A stretch of 32,000 nt of DNA. Origin: Acinetobacter wanghuae. GTDB lineage: Bacteria; Pseudomonadota; Gammaproteobacteria; Pseudomonadales; Moraxellaceae. The translations under genes were made by a program, and so were the position numbers. Positions 20,160-29,772 of this stretch are shown here, piece after piece (within the stretch, counting starts at the first letter, position 1; each line of letters opens with the position of its first letter). The notes below the pieces were generated by a model that saw nothing but the letters and a program-made list of their open reading frames with translations, did no database searches and had not been told where the DNA came from. Location of the stretch: positions 840,001-872,000 of the forward strand of contig NZ_CP045650.1 of the NCBI RefSeq assembly GCF_009557235.1, in the 5' to 3' direction.

Positions 20160-21326
20160 ATGAATTTACATGAATATCAAGCAAAAGCGTTATTAAAAAA
20201 ATATGGTATGCCTGTCCAAGAAGGTATTTTGGCAACCAATGCAGAAGAAACCGTTGCCGCGTTTGAGCAGCTTGGTGGAAAGTTTGCAGTGCTTAAAGCA
20301 CAAGTGCATGCTGGGGGGCGTGGTAAAGCAGGCGGTGTGAAAGTAGTTAAATCTGCTGACGAAGCTGCCGAATATGCTAATCAAATCATTGGTTCACGCT
20401 TAGTCACTTATCAAACCGATAGTCTTGGTCAGCCAGTTAATAGCATTTTAGTGTCTGAGGATGTTTATCCTGTAGAACGTGAATTGTATTTAGGTGCTGT
20501 AGTCGATCGTTCGAGCCGTCGCATTACCTTTATGGCATCCACTGAGGGGGGGGTCGAAATTGAAAAAGTGGCTGAAGAAACCCCAGAAAAAATTATTAAA
20601 GTTGAAGTTGATCCTTTAGTTGGTTTAATGCCATTCCAAGCCCGTGAAACCGCATTTGCTTTAGGTTTAAAAGATGGACAAATCAATCAATTTGTTAAAG
20701 TGATGACAGCCGCTTATCAAGCATTTATTGAAAATGACTTTGCACTCTTTGAAATTAATCCACTGTCTGTACGTGAAAATGGCGATATTTTGTGTGTCGA
20801 TGCTAAAGTGGGTATTGATTCCAATGCACTATATCGTTTGCCTGAAGTGGCTGCGCTTCGTGATAAATCACAAGAAAATGAGCGTGAACTAAAAGCCTCT
20901 GAATTTGATCTGAACTATGTGGCTTTAGAAGGTAATATCGGTTGTATGGTCAATGGCGCAGGACTTGCCATGGCGACCATGGACATTATTAAACTCTATG
21001 GCGGTCAACCTGCGAACTTCCTTGATGTTGGTGGCGGTGCAACCAAAGAACGCGTGATTGAAGCCTTTAAAATTATTCTTGCCGATACCTCGGTACAAGG
21101 CGTATTAATTAACATTTTTGGTGGGATTGTACGTTGTGACATGATCGCAGAAGCGATTATTGCAGCGGTTCAAGAAGTAAATGTCACTGTGCCTGTCGTT
21201 GTTCGCTTAGAAGGAAATAACGCAGAACTGGGTGCCAAATTACTCGATGAATCTGGTTTGAAATTGATTTCTGCAAATGGCTTGGCTGATGCTGCAGAAA
21301 AAATTGTCGCTGCAGTGAAAGCATAA
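20160..21326 (+). CDS. sucC: Succinyl-CoA synthetase beta subunit (388 aa)
   Basis: [17 protein letters not shown]-terminus, an ATP-grasp fold, and GGGATKE / [10 protein letters not shown] motifs. Confidence 0.97.
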   Translation: MNLHEYQAKALLKKYGMPVQEGILATNAEETVAAFEQLGGKFAVLKAQVHAGGRGKAGGVKVVKSADEAAEYANQIIGSRLVTYQTDSLGQPVNSILVSEDVYPVERELYLGAVVDRSSRRITFMASTEGGVEIEKVAEETPEKIIKVEVDPLVGLMPFQARETAFALGLKDGQINQFVKVMTAAYQAFIENDFALFEINPLSVRENGDILCVDAKVGIDSNALYRLPEVAALRDKSQENERELKASEFDLNYVALEGNIGCMVNGAGLAMATMDIIKLYGGQPANFLDVGGGATKERVIEAFKIILADTSVQGVLINIFGGIVRCDMIAEAIIAAVQEVNVTVPVVVRLEGNNAELGAKLLDESGLKLISANGLADAAEKIVAAVKA

Positions 21327-21337
21327 GGAGATCAAGC

Positions 21338-22228
21338 ATGAGCGTATTAGTTAATAAAGACACAAAAGTATTGGTACAAGGATTTACTGGTAAAAACGGG
21401 ACTTTTCATTCAGAGCAATCCATTGCTTATGGTACAAAAGTGGTCGGTGGCGTAACACCGGGGAAAGGCGGTACACAACACCTCAATTTACCTGTATTCA
21501 ACACCATGAAAGAAGCGGTGCGTGAAACAGGTGCAACAGCGACCTCAATTTACGTGCCTGCGCCTTTTGTTTTAGATTCAATTATTGAATCCATTGATGC
21601 CGGTGTTGAGCTGATTGTCGTGATTACCGAAGGTGTTCCAACGTTGGATATGCTCAAAGCCAAACGTTATTTAGAAACCTATGGTAATAATGCACGTCTC
21701 ATCGGTCCAAACTGTCCGGGTATTATCACACCGGGGGAATGTAAGATCGGGATTATGCCGGGTCATATTCATCAACCGGGTAAAATTGGGATTATCTCGC
21801 GTTCAGGTACATTGACTTATGAAGCTGTGGCACAGACCACGAAGCTTGGACTTGGTCAATCGACTTGTATCGGCATTGGTGGTGACCCAATTCCGGGTAT
21901 GAACCAAATTGACTGCTTGAAACTGTTCCAAGACGACCCTCAAACTGAAGCGATCATTATGATTGGTGAAATTGGTGGTACGGCAGAAGAAGAAGCCGCG
22001 GAATATATCCAATCTAATGTCACCAAGCCTGTGGTGGGTTATATTGCAGGGGTGACTGCGCCGAAAGGTAAACGTATGGGACATGCCGGTGCGATTATCT
22101 CGGGTGGTAAAGGTACAGCAGAAGAGAAATTCGCTGCCTTTGAAAAAGCAGGAATGGCCTACACGCGTAGTCCCGCGGAATTGGGTTCAACCATGTATCA
22201 AGTTTTAAAAGATAAAGGCTTAGTTTAA
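21338..22228 (+). CDS. sucD: Succinyl-CoA synthetase alpha subunit (296 aa)
   Basis: CoA-binding motif [20 protein letters not shown], and the phosphohistidine loop [10 protein letters not shown]. The SD is AGGAGA. Confidence 0.97.
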   Translation: MSVLVNKDTKVLVQGFTGKNGTFHSEQSIAYGTKVVGGVTPGKGGTQHLNLPVFNTMKEAVRETGATATSIYVPAPFVLDSIIESIDAGVELIVVITEGVPTLDMLKAKRYLETYGNNARLIGPNCPGIITPGECKIGIMPGHIHQPGKIGIISRSGTLTYEAVAQTTKLGLGQSTCIGIGGDPIPGMNQIDCLKLFQDDPQTEAIIMIGEIGGTAEEEAAEYIQSNVTKPVVGYIAGVTAPKGKRMGHAGAIISGGKGTAEEKFAAFEKAGMAYTRSPAELGSTMYQVLKDKGLV

Positions 22229-22239
22229 GTCTTAAGCTA

Positions 22240-22267
22240 AAAAAGCTCCCATATGGGGGCTTTTTTA
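22240..22267 (+). terminator. Rho-independent terminator after sucD
   Basis: AAAAAAGCTCCC-ATAT-GGGGGCTTTTTT: a 7-bp stem (one G-U pair) followed by T6. Confidence 0.8.
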
Positions 22268-22526
22268 TTGTCAGTTATTATTCTAAGAATCATTTGCGTT
22301 ACTTGCTTAGACAAAAGTTAAAGGGTGAAAATTAGAAAATTGAATGAATAGTAAAAAACTTCTGTGTAAGATATGCCCACATTTGGGGTGGCTATATAAC
22401 TTTTGGTCAATTTTTTACTGATTTTCTGAAGAATAGTCTCAGTATGATCAGACGATGTTCCCCCAAAATATTTATATGTATCTCGTCACTTCTAAGTTTG
22501 AATATGCTTTCAATGAGGATCAGCCC

Positions 22527-23300
22527 TTGACCAGTCAAAACCTGAACACTATCGCAAAATCAGTTGCAGCAACATTATTGATGATGACGTTATCTGCAAC
22601 CGTGATGGCACATGATGAACCAACAGCATCCGATCTTGCTGTTACAGGTGACTTAACCTTGGCGACAGACTACCGTTTTCGTGGTCTTTCAAACAGTAGC
22701 AATAACATGACTGTACAGGGTGCTTTGAGTGTTGAGCATGCATCCGGTGTTTATGCGAGTGTTTGGGCATCTAATGTCGATTTTGGTGATGAATTTGGCA
22801 CCTCTATTGAAGCTGATTTTACTTTGGGTTATGCATTTGTCACATCTGAAAATGGTTCACTCGATGTAAATTACACCCGCTTTGAATATCCGGGCGCAAA
22901 TGATGACACTAACGCAGATTATGATGAATTTGCTGTCATTTATAATCATGAGAATGCAGTTGTTGCCGATGACAGTGCATCAGCAGGCGTGTATTACTCA
23001 CCAGAATACAGCGGTAAAACAGGTCAAGAATACTATTTTGAAGCGGCGTACCAATATCCGATCAATCATCAATTTAACCTTGTGAGTTCGGTTGGTTATA
23101 CCCTGATGGAAAATAAAGAAAAACTTGCAGCAGCTTTTGGCGGCGAAGGTAAGCAAAAAGGCTATTGGGATTATAAGCTTGGTGTAAACACTGAAATTGC
23201 AGGCTTAACCGCTGAGCTGGCTTGGATTGATAATAATCTAGATAGCGATGATGCTACAGCGAAAGGTACTGCATTACTCAGCGTAAGCAAATCATTCTAA
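22527..23300 (+). CDS. TorF / Gcw_chp-family putative outer-membrane porin (about 257 aa)
   Basis: It has a signal peptide ending in ATVMA|HDE. The region TGDLTLATDYRFRGLSNS...VQGALSV...GVYASVWASNVDF is typical of the TIGR02001-type beta-barrel family as I recall it. The preferred start is TTG 22527, with GAGGA 7 nt upstream. The ORF-track ATG at 22455 adds 24 non-signal residues. Confidence 0.75.
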   Translation: MTSQNLNTIAKSVAATLLMMTLSATVMAHDEPTASDLAVTGDLTLATDYRFRGLSNSSNNMTVQGALSVEHASGVYASVWASNVDFGDEFGTSIEADFTLGYAFVTSENGSLDVNYTRFEYPGANDDTNADYDEFAVIYNHENAVVADDSASAGVYYSPEYSGKTGQEYYFEAAYQYPINHQFNLVSSVGYTLMENKEKLAAAFGGEGKQKGYWDYKLGVNTEIAGLTAELAWIDNNLDSDDATAKGTALLSVSKSF

Positions 23301-23335
23301 AGGTTTCGATCGCGAAAAGTTGCAATTTAAACTGC

Positions 23336-23368
23336 TAAAAAATGCGCCAATAAAGGCGCATTTTTTTA
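23336..23368. terminator. Bidirectional rho-independent terminator between the porin and flotillin genes
   Basis: AAAAAATGCGCC-AATAAA-GGCGCATTTTTTT: a stem flanked by A6 and T7. Confidence 0.8.
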
Positions 23369-23392
23369 AATCTAAAGTCTTTAAATGTGCGA

Positions 23393-25093
23393 CTAAGACT
23401 TTGGTTTAAGGTTCTGAGTTAAACCATTAATGTCCCCACCTTGGATGCCGAGTTCATTCATCAGACTATCAATGAGCGGGGCTTGACTACGGAAACGCAG
23501 CGCACTATTCACTACTTGATCTGTAAGGGGAACATTGGATGGGTCTTGACCTTCGCTCACACCACCTGATGCAGCACCATGTAAACCATTGACTTGTAAA
23601 ATCTTAATATCGTCAATATTTTCCATCGGTTTAACACTTTCACGAATAATCTCGGGTAAGTATTTTAATAAAGCTAAACGAATTTGCATTTCTACCTGTT
23701 CAGATGACAGCACATTGTTCGCTTCATTGACGGCACGTGTTCCTTCAGCGTCAACGTGATATTGTTTTTCCATCGCTTGAGCAAGTAAGATTTTGGCGTC
23801 GGCTTCACCTTTGGCTTTTAAGCGCACTTTTTCTGCTTCGGCTTCAGCTGCAATACGAACTGCCTCTGCATCATCAATTGCGGCATGTTTACCTGCTTCT
23901 GCGGCAACGGTAATTGCAATGGCTTCTTTCTCTGCTTTTTCTTTGGCTGCGACCAACTCAACCGCTTTTTGACGTTCTGCTTGTTGAATTTGACGAACCG
24001 TCACGACTTCTTCTTCGGCTTTGACTGCTTGAGCGCGTGCTTGATCGGCATGGGCTTTGGCTTCAGATTCAGCACGGGATTTTTCAGCAATGGCGATGGC
24101 ACGATCTTGTTCCGCTAATTCGATGGTTTTCTTTTGCTCGACTTGGGCTTTTTGAATCAACTGTGCTTTTTGAATATTTTCATTTTCCACATCACGTGCA
24201 GCCAAAATACGTTTTAATTCAACTTCACGTTCTGCTGCAATTTGTGCTTCTTCAGCTTCGCGTTTTTTAGCAGCTTCTTGCGCAGCAATTTCTGCAAGCT
24301 GTTCAGCACGACGAATTGAAATTTCGCGTTCTTGTTGCAGCTTGGCATATTCTTCTTCACGAATAATTTGTAGTTTGGCTTGTTCTGCTTCTAAGTTTTT
24401 GGTTTTAATCGCAAGGTCGGTATCTTGCTCAATATGGTTACGTTTACGACGACGATCTTCAATCGTTTCAGTGAGTTTGGTTAAACCTTCAGCATCAAAG
24501 GCATTTTGGGGATTAAAGTATTTAAAGCCGGTTTGATCAAGTCCAGTCAAAGACACGGTTTCCAGTTCTAAACCATTTTTATGTAAATCTTCAGAGACAA
24601 CTTGCTGTACTTTTTGCACGAAATCGACGCGTTTTTCATGCAGTTCTTCCATTGCCATTTCAGCAGCCACAGCACGCAGCGAGTCAACAAATTTACCTTC
24701 GACTAAGTTTTTGAGTTCGTTCGGTGACATGGTCTTCTGACCCAAAGTTTGTGCGGCGGTTGCAATAGATTCTGCGGTGGGTTTGACTCGCACATAAAAT
24801 TCCGCCATCACATCGACGCGCATGCGATCGCGCGTAATTAAGGCTTGATCATCAGCGCGGCGCACTTCTAAACGTAAAGTATTCATATTGACTTGAATAA
24901 TTTCATGCAGCACCGGTAAAACCAATGCACCACCGCCTAAAATGACTTTTTCACCGCCCCAACCAGTTCGGACAAAGGAAATTTCCTTACTTGAACGACG
25001 ATATAAACGCGCAATGATTAGACCAAATGCGACTAAGGCTACAAAAATAAAGCCTGCAATAAATAAAATATTATAAAGGTCAAAACCTAACAT
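23393..25093 (-). CDS. yqiK: Flotillin / SPFH-domain membrane protein, YqiK-like (566 aa)
   Basis: It has an N-terminal TM helix, then ARLYRRSSKEISFVRTGWGG...DRMRVDV, which aligns by eye to E. coli YqiK. A long A/E/K/Q coiled-coil region follows. The start is set at ATG 25093; the ORF-track start at 25132 is a TTG with no SD. Confidence 0.85.
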   Translation of the reverse strand: MLGFDLYNILFIAGFIFVALVAFGLIIARLYRRSSKEISFVRTGWGGEKVILGGGALVLPVLHEIIQVNMNTLRLEVRRADDQALITRDRMRVDVMAEFYVRVKPTAESIATAAQTLGQKTMSPNELKNLVEGKFVDSLRAVAAEMAMEELHEKRVDFVQKVQQVVSEDLHKNGLELETVSLTGLDQTGFKYFNPQNAFDAEGLTKLTETIEDRRRKRNHIEQDTDLAIKTKNLEAEQAKLQIIREEEYAKLQQEREISIRRAEQLAEIAAQEAAKKREAEEAQIAAEREVELKRILAARDVENENIQKAQLIQKAQVEQKKTIELAEQDRAIAIAEKSRAESEAKAHADQARAQAVKAEEEVVTVRQIQQAERQKAVELVAAKEKAEKEAIAITVAAEAGKHAAIDDAEAVRIAAEAEAEKVRLKAKGEADAKILLAQAMEKQYHVDAEGTRAVNEANNVLSSEQVEMQIRLALLKYLPEIIRESVKPMENIDDIKILQVNGLHGAASGGVSEGQDPSNVPLTDQVVNSALRFRSQAPLIDSLMNELGIQGGDINGLTQNLKPKS

Positions 25094-25180
25094 AATCTTG
25101 TTATCTCTTCTGTAGCTGAATGATTGAATCAAATAAAGGGTGTTTTAAGTCATTTAAATGGCTAGTTTTTTTATTGAATA

Positions 25181-25816
25181 TTAGGCGGCAGTCGCTTGAA
25201 AACCGATATTGGTTTTTTGGGTAAGAACCACCACTTGTCCTTGTCGAAAAATATCGTCATCTTCTGGTTCGACCATTACATAGTGAATATAGCCATGCTG
25301 ATCTTTGACTTTGGCTTGCGCTGGGGAATTTGGTTTGGCTGTACCCAATACAATCGTTGCTGTACGTCCAATCAGTTCTTCGCTAAAAATGGCAGAACTT
25401 TCATCTTGGGGTAGAATTTTATAAATGAGCATGGCGCCATAGCGTACCAATGGCATGCATAAGAAAACGCAAGCAGGGGAAATGATCCAAAGGCTAAACA
25501 ACTGCCCAGTAAAATGCTCAAACATCCCTTGAATGATTAAGCCTGATAAACCGTAGCAGGTCAGGAAAATAATAATCCAAATAAAAAGCGGTAAACGCCC
25601 TAAATAGAGCCAATCAAAAACTTTTGCAATAACACCACTATCTGCATCAATGCTGACATCGGGTTGATGGGAGTTTTCAGTTAAAAAATGGTCGAGTAAA
25701 TTTTGTGAGCCACCGCCTAAAAATAACAAGACCAATTCTAATGCGGCAAACATCAGCATTAAACTTAAGCTAATACTGAACACAATATTAGATGGATGTG
25801 TAAAAAGTTCCCACAT
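25181..25816 (-). CDS. yqiJ: NfeD-like / YqiJ-like (DUF1449) inner-membrane protein (211 aa)
   Basis: It has several TM helices and a C-terminal soluble OB-like segment (TATIVLGTA...AQAKVKDQHGYIHYVMV). It sits immediately upstream of the flotillin gene, as in yqiJK. Confidence 0.7.
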   Translation of the reverse strand: MWELFTHPSNIVFSISLSLMLMFAALELVLLFLGGGSQNLLDHFLTENSHQPDVSIDADSGVIAKVFDWLYLGRLPLFIWIIIFLTCYGLSGLIIQGMFEHFTGQLFSLWIISPACVFLCMPLVRYGAMLIYKILPQDESSAIFSEELIGRTATIVLGTAKPNSPAQAKVKDQHGYIHYVMVEPEDDDIFRQGQVVVLTQKTNIGFQATAA

Positions 25817-26112
25817 TATTCTTCATCTCTATAATTATGTTTTTTTATAAAAAGTAAACTTATTTACATGAAGATAACATTGTCAGCATCATTTGCAATA
25901 AATTTTCATCTAAAACTGAACAATAGAATGAGCAAAAAAAGGTAATTTATGATGTTTTTTTATTTAAGTATTTGAATTTTTAACAAAAAATAACGATAAA
26001 TCCCATATTTTTTTATATAAATTAACTATTTAATTTTAAATAAATATTATATAAAAATTTTATTTAACCAAATGGTTAAATTTATTGTGAACTTTACGGC
26101 TGTTGCTCCCGA

Positions 26113-26748
26113 TTACAGTAAGGCGGTTTGTATGCGGACTTTCATGTCTAAGACTTGTTGTACGATATAGGCTTTCATCCATTGGTATTGCATCCCCATT
26201 GGATTGGTTTTCAGTGCAGTATTTAGGAAGTTAAGCGCAGGCTGACAAAAGAGCTGTTCATCTAAAGCCTGTTCTAAATTTTGGCTATTCACGGATAAAT
26301 CGAAAGCGACCTGATAAAAGGCTTTTGGATAGTTATAAAATGCATAGAGCAAATTAAAGGCTTTTTGATCGCCTTTTAAGTGACCGACACCCATTTCATG
26401 CTGTGGATTTTGATTACTGTAAGTCATCCCTAAAACAAATTCTAAACCGCGTTCTGTTAAGCGGAGTCCAAACTGTAAACCAATTTGATCTGCGGTCAGT
26501 TCGTGTTGTAAATAAAAACTAAATGGACTGCCATCATCATTTAACGGTTGCTGTAAGACCAACATATGTTGCTGATGCTGATAAATATAGTCAGCAAGTT
26601 GCGCCTGCTCTAAACGTATTTTAATGGTTTCCAGATCAAGCGAGTTGTAGGACATAGTGTGTATTGAATCAAAAGCAGAACCGGGGCTATCACTGTAATT
26701 ATTTTTCAAAGTGAGGACTAGACTTGCTTTAGAGCTTTTTGCAATCAC
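26113..26748 (-). CDS. Hypothetical protein (211 aa from GTG 26748; 180 aa if ATG 26655)
   Basis: A long ORF with typical amino-acid composition but no recognisable motif. Neither candidate start has a clear SD. It is flanked by very AT-rich DNA. Confidence 0.5.
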   Translation of the reverse strand: MIAKSSKASLVLTLKNNYSDSPGSAFDSIHTMSYNSLDLETIKIRLEQAQLADYIYQHQQHMLVLQQPLNDDGSPFSFYLQHELTADQIGLQFGLRLTERGLEFVLGMTYSNQNPQHEMGVGHLKGDQKAFNLLYAFYNYPKAFYQVAFDLSVNSQNLEQALDEQLFCQPALNFLNTALKTNPMGMQYQWMKAYIVQQVLDMKVRIQTALL

Positions 26749-26984
26749 GTTATTGATTAAATATCATTAATAACCTAAATGAGTACGCATTCATTTTGAT
26801 TCATTTATACAGTCAAATCGGCTGATTAATTAAAACTGATAGGTCTTATCAGTGAAGTTTTATATGATGTTTTTGCATATCAATATCATAAAACAAGAAA
26901 TCGTTATGAAAAGTAAATCACTATAATGCCAATATATATCTTTAAAAGTGTAATAAGTACACGCATTCTAAGCTGGTGTTGTCC

Positions 26985-27899
26985 ATGTCGTTAAATGAGG
27001 AAAGACTTACTCATCTGAAACAGCTTGAAGCTGAGAGTATTCATATCATCCGTGAAGTTGCTGCTGAATTTGAAAATCCAGTCATGCTTTATTCAATCGG
27101 TAAAGATTCAGCGGTCATGCTGCATCTTGCGCTCAAAGCGTTCTATCCTGCCAAACTTCCGTTCCCGCTACTGCATGTAGATACGGGTTGGAAATTTAAA
27201 GACATGATCGCCTTCCGTGACAACATGGCGAAAAAACATGGTTTTGATTTGATCGTGCATCAAAACAAAGAAGGGAAAGATGCAGGCATCAATCCATTCG
27301 ACCATGGTAGCTCAAAATATACTGACATCATGAAAACTCAAGGTTTAAAACAAGCCTTGAATAAATACAAGTTCGATGCTGCTTTTGGTGGTGCGCGCCG
27401 TGATGAAGAAAAATCGCGTGCCAAAGAACGTGTCTATTCATTCCGTGATGACAAACATCGTTGGGATCCTAAAAACCAACGGCCTGAGCTTTGGAATCTT
27501 TACAACGGTAAAGTGAACCAAGGTGAAAGTATTCGTGTGTTCCCATTATCTAACTGGACTGAGCTAGATATTTGGCAATACATTTACTTAGAAAGCATTC
27601 CATTGGTACCACTTTACTTGGCGGCAGAACGTCCTGTGGTTGAGCGTAGCGGTACACTGATTATGGTCGATGATGAACGTATGCCTTTAAAAGAGGGCGA
27701 AGTTCCACAAATGAAATCGGTTCGTTTCCGTACATTGGGTTGTTACCCACTGACAGGTGCGGTTGAATCAACTGCAGATACTTTGCCGGAAATTATTCAA
27801 GAAATGCTCTTGGCAACCAGTTCAGAGCGTCAAGGTCGTATGATTGATCATGATGAAGCGGGTTCGATGGAGAAGAAGAAGCAAGAAGGCTACTTCTAG
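26985..27899 (+). CDS. cysD: Sulfate adenylyltransferase subunit 2 (304 aa)
   Basis: [23 protein letters not shown]...[13 protein letters not shown] (PP-loop SxGKDS) is nearly colinear with E. coli CysD. The start is set at ATG 26985; the ORF-track GTG at 26976 adds 3 residues. Confidence 0.95.
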   Translation: MSLNEERLTHLKQLEAESIHIIREVAAEFENPVMLYSIGKDSAVMLHLALKAFYPAKLPFPLLHVDTGWKFKDMIAFRDNMAKKHGFDLIVHQNKEGKDAGINPFDHGSSKYTDIMKTQGLKQALNKYKFDAAFGGARRDEEKSRAKERVYSFRDDKHRWDPKNQRPELWNLYNGKVNQGESIRVFPLSNWTELDIWQYIYLESIPLVPLYLAAERPVVERSGTLIMVDDERMPLKEGEVPQMKSVRFRTLGCYPLTGAVESTADTLPEIIQEMLLATSSERQGRMIDHDEAGSMEKKKQEGYF

Positions 27900-27971
27900 A
27901 ATCTCTCCCGACCTCTCTTTAAAAAAGAGAGGAGATTTTCCCCCTTTATAAAGGGGGATACAGGGGGATTC
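27899..27971 (+). repeat. Composite palindromic (REP/MITE-like) element, copy 2, in the cysD|cysN spacer
   Basis: Hairpin 1 is CCTCTCTT/AAGAGAGG (27912-27932). Hairpin 2 is CCCCCTTT/AAAGGGGG (27940-27957). The outer arms are GAATCTCTCCC (27899-27909) and GGGGGATTC (27963-27971). Its first base overlaps the cysD stop codon. Confidence 0.7.
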
Positions 27972-28010
27972 AACCAAACCGATTTCTAAAGCATATGTGG
28001 AGTTTGAGCA

Positions 28011-29627
28011 ATGTCTCATCAATCAGAACTCATTAGCCAAGATATCTTGGGCTATTTAAAACAACATGAAAATAAAGACTTACTTCGTTTCTTAACCTGC
28101 GGTAACGTGGATGATGGTAAATCGACGCTCATTGGTCGTTTACTTTACGATTCAAAATTGATTTATGAAGATCAATTGCAAGCGGTAACCCGTGACTCGA
28201 AAAAAGTCGGTACGACAGGTGATGCACCTGACTTAGCGCTTCTTGTTGATGGTCTACAGGCTGAGCGTGAGCAAGGGATTACCATTGATGTCGCGTATCG
28301 TTATTTCTCAACAGAAAAACGTAAGTTCATCATTGCGGATACACCGGGGCATGAACAATACACCCGTAACATGGCAACAGGCGCTTCGACTTGTGACCTT
28401 GCAATCATCTTGATTGATGCGCGTTATGGTGTACAAACTCAAACTCGTCGTCATACCTACATTGCAAGTTTACTCGGCATTAAGAATATTATTGTTGCGA
28501 TTAACAAAATGGACTTGGTGGAGTTCTCTGAAGCGCGCTTCAATGAAATTCAAACCGAATATGCAGGCTTTGTTGCACAATTGGGTGACCGTAAACCGTC
28601 AAACATTATCTTTACGCCAATTTCTGCATTAAATGGCGATAACGTGGTGAATAAATCTGCCAATACGCCGTGGTACACAGGTGAGACGTTAATGGGTTCT
28701 TTGGAATCTGTTGAAATTAACCGTACCTCAGCAAAAGCAGATTTCCGTTTCCCTGTGCAATATGTGAACCGTCCAAACCTCGACTTCCGCGGTTTCTGCG
28801 GTACGATCGCGCTGGGTGATATCAATGTTGGCGATACCGTAACGGCTTTACCATCAGGTAAATCATCAACCGTTAAAGAAATTGTTACTTTTGATGGCAA
28901 CCTTGAACGTGCCGTTGCAGGTCAAGCGGTGACATTGACGCTCAACGATGAGATTGATATTTCACGTGGTAACGTCCTCATTCGTGCAGATCAAGCGGTG
29001 CCAAGTATTTCACGCTCAGTACAAGCGACTGTGGTGTGGATGGCGGATCAACCGCTTGTGATTGGTAAACTTTACAATGTGAAGATTGGTACTCAAACTG
29101 TACCTGCCAAAGTCACCGCAATTCACTTCCGTACTAACGTCAATACATTGGAACAAGTTCAAGTCGAAAATCTTGAGCTGAATGCGATTGCCAATGTGAC
29201 TGTTGAGTTTGATGCGCCAGTCGTATTTGACCGTTATCAAGACAGCCGTTATACAGGTTCGTTTATCTTCATTGATCGTTTAAATAACGTAACGATTGGT
29301 GCGGGTATGGTGGAAGAGTCTGTTGAATGGACTGCACATACAAACCCTGTCACAGCGGAAGCACGTGCTGCACGTTTAGGTCAAAAACCTGCATCAGTTA
29401 CGGTTTCTGAAGCGGCATTAGCGAATGCGCAAGTGCTTGAGAACTTATTGCTTCAACAAGGCATCGTGGCAATTGCGAAAGCGGGTCTAGATGCAGCTCA
29501 AGTTGCGCTACTTCGTGAAACAGGCGTTGCAGTGATTACCACTGTCGCTGAAGGCACGGATGTGACATTTACAGTTGAATCTGCTGAAGAATTGGCAGAG
29601 AAGATTGTGGAATTGGTTCGTCTATAA
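28011..29627 (+). CDS. cysN: Sulfate adenylyltransferase subunit 1 (GTPase), with an extended C-terminus (538 aa)
   Basis: GTPase motifs G1 [10 protein letters not shown]3 DTPGH and G4 NKMD are present. The SD GGAG is upstream. About 60 residues extend beyond the E. coli CysN length as I recall it. Confidence 0.93.
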   Translation: MSHQSELISQDILGYLKQHENKDLLRFLTCGNVDDGKSTLIGRLLYDSKLIYEDQLQAVTRDSKKVGTTGDAPDLALLVDGLQAEREQGITIDVAYRYFSTEKRKFIIADTPGHEQYTRNMATGASTCDLAIILIDARYGVQTQTRRHTYIASLLGIKNIIVAINKMDLVEFSEARFNEIQTEYAGFVAQLGDRKPSNIIFTPISALNGDNVVNKSANTPWYTGETLMGSLESVEINRTSAKADFRFPVQYVNRPNLDFRGFCGTIALGDINVGDTVTALPSGKSSTVKEIVTFDGNLERAVAGQAVTLTLNDEIDISRGNVLIRADQAVPSISRSVQATVVWMADQPLVIGKLYNVKIGTQTVPAKVTAIHFRTNVNTLEQVQVENLELNAIANVTVEFDAPVVFDRYQDSRYTGSFIFIDRLNNVTIGAGMVEESVEWTAHTNPVTAEARAARLGQKPASVTVSEAALANAQVLENLLLQQGIVAIAKAGLDAAQVALLRETGVAVITTVAEGTDVTFTVESAEELAEKIVELVRL

Positions 29628-29646
29628 GGCTGAGTTGATTTAAAAT

Positions 29647-29674
29647 AAAACCCGTCTTAATGGCGGGTTTTTTA
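29647..29674 (+). terminator. Rho-independent terminator after cysN
   Basis: AAACCCGTC-TTAAT-GGCGGGTTTTTT: a 9-bp stem (one G-U pair) followed by a T-run. Confidence 0.8.
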
Positions 29675-29772
29675 TTTGTCCATTTTAAGCGTATGAATAA
29701 TATCCAAGCATTTAAACATGGAACTTTCACTTAAATCACTTCTCTATACAATAGAAATATTGAGAGGGGTTT

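Noticed and set aside
22268-22526. A possible small RNA downstream of sucD. I vaguely recall that an Acinetobacter sRNA was reported adjacent to sucD.
   Set aside because: I could find no convincing promoter-plus-terminator pair or stable hairpin in this spacer, and I cannot verify the recollection or the sequence. The region is more simply explained as the porin gene's promoter.
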